Shown here in pieces: positions 28,889 through 34,533 of a stretch of 34,533 nucleotides of DNA (positions within the stretch are counted from its first letter, which is position 1; each line of letters starts with the position of its first letter). The stretch is from NCBI GenBank assembly GCA_033442325.1, contig JAWQFM010000009.1, forward strand, positions 1,188,154 to 1,222,686, in the 5' to 3' direction. The notes below the pieces were generated by a model. It was not told the DNA's origin and did no database searches. It worked only from the letters and a program-made list of their open reading frames with translations. The stretch comes from Salpingoeca rosetta (Eukaryota > Protista > Choanoflagellata). The position numbers and the translations under genes were made by a program.

Positions 28889-28973
28889 CTGTGCATAGGT
28901 ATCTGTGGGTTCCACACGCAACACGTGAGATGGCAGACGAATATGCGCGCAGGTGCACGATTGTCTCTGCCTT

Positions 28974-28974
<1 letters not shown>

Positions 28975-29029
<55 letters not shown>

Positions 29030-29043
29030 CACACACACACATA

Positions 29044-29116
<73 letters not shown>
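28975..29116. repeat. (CA)n tract joining the headless STPG2-like and TMEM41-like genes
   Basis: Directly visible. Confidence 0.95.
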
Positions 29117-29119
<3 letters not shown>

Positions 29120-29204
29120 CTGCTGGCTCGTTGCCTCCCAATTGTACCTCTGTGACATTGCAACGACTGACACGCACGTGTGTCTTCTCTGCCCCTTCTT
29201 CCAG

Positions 29205-30051
29205 GCCAAGTGCTGAGCGACTTTAAAAAGCAGTACTATCTGCGGACCGTCCTGTGTCACGCCTGCTGCTATCTCTTCCTGCAGGCCTTTGCCATTCCAG
29301 GAACCGGATTCGCGAACCTCCGTACGTCATATGTGTATGTGTGTGTGTGTGTGTGCTGCCGCAGCTCGTGCTTGGCGGCGTTCCTCCTCACCGCTGCGTG
29401 GTCTGCAACGTGCTCTTGTGTGCAGTTGCTGGGGCGTTGTTTGGGCTGCGTCTCGGCTTCACCCTCAGCATCATCTACACTGCCATTGGCTCTGTCATCC
29501 TCTACTACTTTAGTCAGGTGTGTGTGTGTGTGTGTGTGCATGTGTTGTGTGTGTGTGTGTGTGAAAGTGGTGGACATGGTCTGTGAGGCTGACGAGTTGA
29601 TCTTCAACGCACATACACACATGCACACGCACACACACACATGCACTCACACACATAAACACACGCAAACACGCTCACACACGACCTGGCTCTGTATGCC
29701 ACCTGTGTGCGTGCGCGTGTGCGTGTGTTCAGATCTTCTGCTCGCGCATCATTCGCCGCTTCTTTGATCGAAAGCTGCAAACGTTCCAGGCCTGGGTACG
29801 CCTGCACTGCACGCGTTCACTGGCTTGCATGTGTACATGTGATGTCACACTGTGAGTTTCATGTCTTTACGCCCACTGACACACACACACACACACACGC
29901 ACACACGCACACACGCACACACACACGTGTCATGTAGGCACGCCACCACAAGGCGAATTTGTTCCTGCGTCTCATCAGCATTCGCGTGTTCCCGTTCACC
30001 CCAAACTGGTGTGCTGCTGCACATGTATTGCGTTGTCGCACTCGTGTATCC

Positions 30052-30143
<92 letters not shown>

Positions 30144-30899
30144 AACATGCGCTCACCATGCGCGCTGCTGTATGTGTTGTGCTGGTTTGCGTTTCGTTTT
30201 TCTTCAGGTTCGTGAACATGGCATGTGGTCAGCTGGGCGTGCCCATGCACATCTACATTCCGTCATCCGCAATTGGTGAGGTGACGTACGCTTGTCCTCC
30301 CCCCCCCCCAACGTGCCTTGCTTTACGTACCCCTGCATCACCCACAACATCCCTTCTCGTCACTCACGCACGCACGCGCACATGCGCGCGCACTGCAGGG
30401 CTTGTACCGTACACGTTTATGGGCTGTCAGGCAGGCACAATTTTGACGAAGCTCCACTCCATGTACGTGTCGAAGTGTGTGTGAGTGAGTGTGCGTGTGC
30501 GTGTGAGTGAGTGTGTTTGCGTGTGAGTGTGTGTGTTTGCGTGTGAGTGTGTGTGTGTGTGAGTGTGTGAGTGTGTGTATGAGTGAGTGTTTGTGTGTGT
30601 ATATCTGCCACAGCCACAGGCACGGCCACATCCACAACCACAGCCACGGATTTTGCGCACTTTTGCGCGTCCCTGCACTGTAACACGACACACGTCTCAC
30701 GCAACAAGACCTTCCCTCCATCCCCCCCCTCCTTCACACGCCGCCCTGCAGGCAAGATGTGATGCAGCCACAGGTTGTGGGCGGCCTCGTTGCCATTGGC
30801 GCCGTTGGGTTTCTCCTCCCAGCTATTGCCAATCGCCTCAAACACGCGCGGGATGCTCGCAAGCACGCCAGCGCTGATGCCCAGGCAGCACGCCACTGA
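29205..30899 (+). CDS. TMEM41: TMEM41 (VTT/DedA, SNARE-associated Golgi protein family) membrane protein; first exon(s) missing, 7 visible exons
   Basis: Spliced YLFLQAFAIPGTGFANLLAGALFG...IRVFPFTPNWFVNM...GLVPYTFMGCQAGTILTKL carries TMEM41 signature motifs. TGA at 30897-30899. Confidence 0.9.
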
Positions 30900-31201
30900 A
30901 CGGCGCAGATTGTGCATGAGTTGTAAGGCGGTGTGGGCGGTGTGGCGTGGCGTGGCGGTGTCTGAGGTACAGCCGCTCATCATGCTCACGTACACAGACA
31001 CAGACACACCCAGACACAGACACACACACACACTCACACTTGATAATGGAACCACTGCAAGCAAGCAAGCAACTGCAATAACCCCCTGCTCGCTTGCTTC
31101 CTCCCTCCCCCACTTGCTTGGGATTTACTGTCGAGTTGTACGATAGACCAGTAAATTTATATGCATGGTGCAACCTCACCCATGAGCGCCCGTGAATCGC
31201 A

Positions 31202-31294
<93 letters not shown>

Positions 31295-31542
31295 CGACGA
31301 CGAACGGTANNNNNNNNNNNNNNNNNNNNNNNNNNNNNNNNNNNNNNNNNNNNNNNNNNNNNNNNNNNNNNNNNNNNNNNNNNNNNNNNNNNNNNNNNNN
31401 NNNNNNNNNNNNNNNNNNNNNNNNNNNNNNNNNNNNNNNNNNNNNNNNNNNNNNNNNNNNNNNNNNNNNNNNNNNNNNNNNNNNNNNNNNNNNNNNNNNN
31501 NNNNNNNNNNNNNNNNNNNNNNNNNNNNNNNNNNNNNNNNNN

Positions 31543-31610
<68 letters not shown>

Positions 31611-31700
31611 CACAAGGAAGGGCTGTCTTTAATATCAACAAAGCGTGCAACAAGCAAGCATGTCTCTCATCTTGCGAGGAAAGGTGCGCAGGTGCAGGTT

Positions 31701-32841
31701 TTAATCCGCAAAGACCTTGTCAAAGAACTTGTCACAGCCGACCGCACAGCTTCGCGCACACTTGTAATCCGTGTCTCCCCTGAACACGAACACGCACACA
31801 CGCGCACGCAAGCGATTGTGGACGATGGGTCCGCTGCATGAGCATCAATCAACGCACAGTCCACAGTCATGCATGCACCCTCGCACACACACATGCACAA
31901 ACATGTGTTCGCGACAAACAAGAACGTGACAAGAACGCGACTCCCCTTGCTCGCCAAAGAGACGCGATGGCTTACCTTGCCTCACAGGCCTTGTCGCATT
32001 TCTGGGAGCACTGGAGACGCATCATGATGAACCAGTCCTGGATCTTGTTGCGCTTCTCGCGCATCTGTGAGGCTGAGTTCAAGGGCACACACGACGCAGC
32101 AAGGGAATATTGTCACGGCGAGGGTCGAGGAAAGACGAGCAACAAGGGGCCCTGGCCTGAAGCGAGCCACCGTGAAGTCGCACGGCAAGCAGGCGCTTGT
32201 TTTCACACACGTACCAACCAAAAAAAAAAAACAACACACACACACACAAACACACAATACAAACCAACACATACATAAAACCAACCAACCAACAAACAAA
32301 CAATACGAACAATACAAACAATACAACCATCCTCACGCACAGTCAAGGATTGTGTTGGATTCCTTGTTGAGGTCCTTAACAAGCTGTGCAACGCGCGTCT
32401 GGTCCTCAACGCGCGTCATAACGTCCGACTGCGCTGCAAAGGCGCAGCCCATCATGCAATCCTTCGTCGACACACACACGCACGCATGCACGTACGCACA
32501 CAACAATGGTGAGAATGGCGTCATGAAAGAGGACACGCTACATCTATACAAGCGATATCGGCCACCACGCTCGCAGATCCGTGCCATCAGGCATCACACC
32601 TCCGCATGCAAACCACAGAACATGAGTGGCGATCAACAAGTCACCATAAATCACAGCCAGTCGCAGTGTTGTGCGATCGCTGTACCTGCTTGTGGCGAAG
32701 CATTTTTGCCTCATACTTGGGGGTGTTGCGGCCGCCAATGACAAGGCGCTGCTGCAAGCTGGAAGGGTTGCACGCCAGCGCGCAGTGCTGCTCCAGCAGC
32801 GTGCGCAGATCAAACTTGGGCGGCGTGCTTGTGGCAGACAT
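31701..32841 (-). CDS. Uncharacterised 150-aa Cys-rich protein with CX3C motifs. Exons 32841-32686, 32461-32341, 32072-31976, 31779-31701
   Basis: Four phase-consistent GT-AG exons totalling 453 nt, ending in TAA. Contains CALAC, CMMGC, CSQKCDKAC, CARSCAVGC. Confidence 0.65.
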
Positions 32842-33257
32842 GGCAGACAGGTTTGACGAGGCGAGAAGCAAAAGCAAGTAGTGGGTGGCGGCGTTTTGTT
32901 TTGGTTGTGTGGATTGTGGAGGATTAATGAATAACTTCACTCAATAATCTGCAACAATGTTTGGTCAGTGGATGATGATGATGATGGATGGGAGATGGTC
33001 CTGCCTCGCTTGATCCCTTCCAGCTTCTTGCCTTCTTGAGTTCTAGCTTCTTGATCCTGCTTGTGTGGTCTGCTGTCTGCTGCATCCTACATGCGCGTGT
33101 TGCATGCTACGTTGTTGATGCGCTTCCTAAAATTCTCCCCTCCCCCTTCTCACAAACTGTTGCACACACGCACCTGTTTTGTGTGTTTTGCTGCTCTTGA
33201 TCAGGGAGGCGACTGCTTGGAGCTGCTGTTGCCGGCACAGCCGCTGTTGCAGCGGCA

Positions 33258-34414
33258 ATGGCCCAACAGCACATGGCGAATGCCCAGCCACGCGAGGGCA
33301 CAACCGCAGCAACAACCATAGCAACAAGAACAGCAACAACAACCGCAACAAGAACAACAGACGCACAGACAAGACCAACGACAGCAGCGGCTGGGAAAGT
33401 GTATCTGGTAGGTGCTGGGCCGGGGGCAGCGGACCTGCTCACGCTGCGGGGACGAGACGTGATTGCACGGGCGGACGTGGTGGTGCATGATGCCCTGATT
33501 GGCGACGACATCCTGAAGCACTGCCGAGCAGATGCGGAGGTGATTCGGAAGGGGAAGCGAGGCCAGGATCCAAAGTCTGCTACACAGGAGGAAATCAACG
33601 AGCTTCTTGTGGCCAAGTGTCAAGCGGGCTTGACAGTCGCGCGCGTCAAAGGGGGCGACCCTCTCATCTTCGGTCGCGCAGCCGACGAAATGCGGGCTCT
33701 TCACAAAGCAGGGTACGTGACCCTCGCAAGTGCATGCGTGTGCATGTAGTGTGGTGAGTGAGTGTGTGTGTGTGGTGTGCGTACTTGTGTGCGCATGCGC
33801 ATGTGTACATGTGAGTGTTGACACACGCATGCGTGCGCATGTTTGTGTGTGTGTGTGTGTGTGTCTTGCATTGATGTGCTTGTGTACAAGCCGATTATCC
33901 CGTGTGCGTCACCTTCCAGGGGGCGGGAATGGCTGATATCGCACTTCCTCTTCCTCCTCTTCCTCCTCCCTTAACTCGTCGTCTGCGCGTTCATGCTGAT
34001 GTGTTACATAGGTGCGCGTGGGAGCTGGTGCCTGGCGTGTCGAGCGTGTTTGCTGGGCCGGCGGCCGCCCACGTGCTGCTGACACACAAGCGGTGGAGCA
34101 GCGCCGTTGCCATTGCAACGGGCCACGACCCCGACAGCCTCGATATGGGGGCGTTGGCGCGCATGGATACGGTTGTGTTCATCATGGCGGGCGCAACGCT
34201 GCCGGTCATTGTGGAGAAGCTGCAGGCTTGCGGCCGCACAGGCGCCACACCCGTGGCAGTCATCAAGCACGCGACACTGCCGAACCAACGCATCTGGACA
34301 GGCACGCTGGACACAATTGTGGATGCCGTTGCCGGGGAGCGCCTGTCTCCGTCTGTCGTCGTCATTGGGGACGTTGCCCAGTTTGCCGCGAACCACGGGC
34401 TCAACCTGTTGTAG
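33258..34414 (+). CDS. cobA: Uroporphyrinogen-III C-methyltransferase (SUMT; siroheme branch). Exons 33258-33712, 34012-34414
   Basis: GKVYLVGAGPGAADLLTLRG...ADVVVHDALI...QEEINELLV...VARVKGGDPLIFGR...VPGVSS...TPVAVI...GTL...VVIGDV. Phase-2 intron. Start may be 33273. Confidence 0.93.
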
Positions 34415-34421
34415 GTGGATG

Positions 34422-34533
<112 letters not shown>

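Noticed and set aside
28889-29204. Spliced-leader trans-splicing as explanation for the two headless genes
   Set aside because: Both lack coding N-termini and start codons, which a non-coding leader would not supply; assembly collapse is simpler

Overview
Eukaryotic, GC-rich, gene-dense draft-assembly window with short GT-AG introns full of (GT)n/(CA)n and trinucleotide microsatellites and four N gaps. The style and gene set suggest a choanoflagellate such as Salpingoeca rosetta (inference). Most ORFs in the supplied track are microsatellite or antisense artefacts. Splicing by hand gives about 12 genes in almost strictly alternating orientation: ANKRD42-like (+), Alba/RPP25-like (-), p31comet/MAD2L1BP-like (+), C/EBP-like bZIP (-), a truncated GCLC (-), an intronless ~1170-aa ARM + ADP-ribosyltransferase-like protein (+), a multipass RING-H2 E3 ligase (-), a CRAL-TRIO protein (+), STPG2-like (-, 5' end missing), TMEM41-like (+, 5' end missing), a small CX3C-rich protein (-) and uroporphyrinogen-III C-methyltransferase (+). 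Most interesting: the intronless ARM-(SAM-like)-ART gene (SARM1-like logic with a different NAD+-consuming effector), two high-complexity inserts inside intronic simple repeats, a 5'-GT/3'-AC polarity in introns, an 11-mer amphipathic helix array in the RING ligase, and two microsatellite junctions where genes on both strands are cut. All family assignments come from recalled motifs, not database searches.
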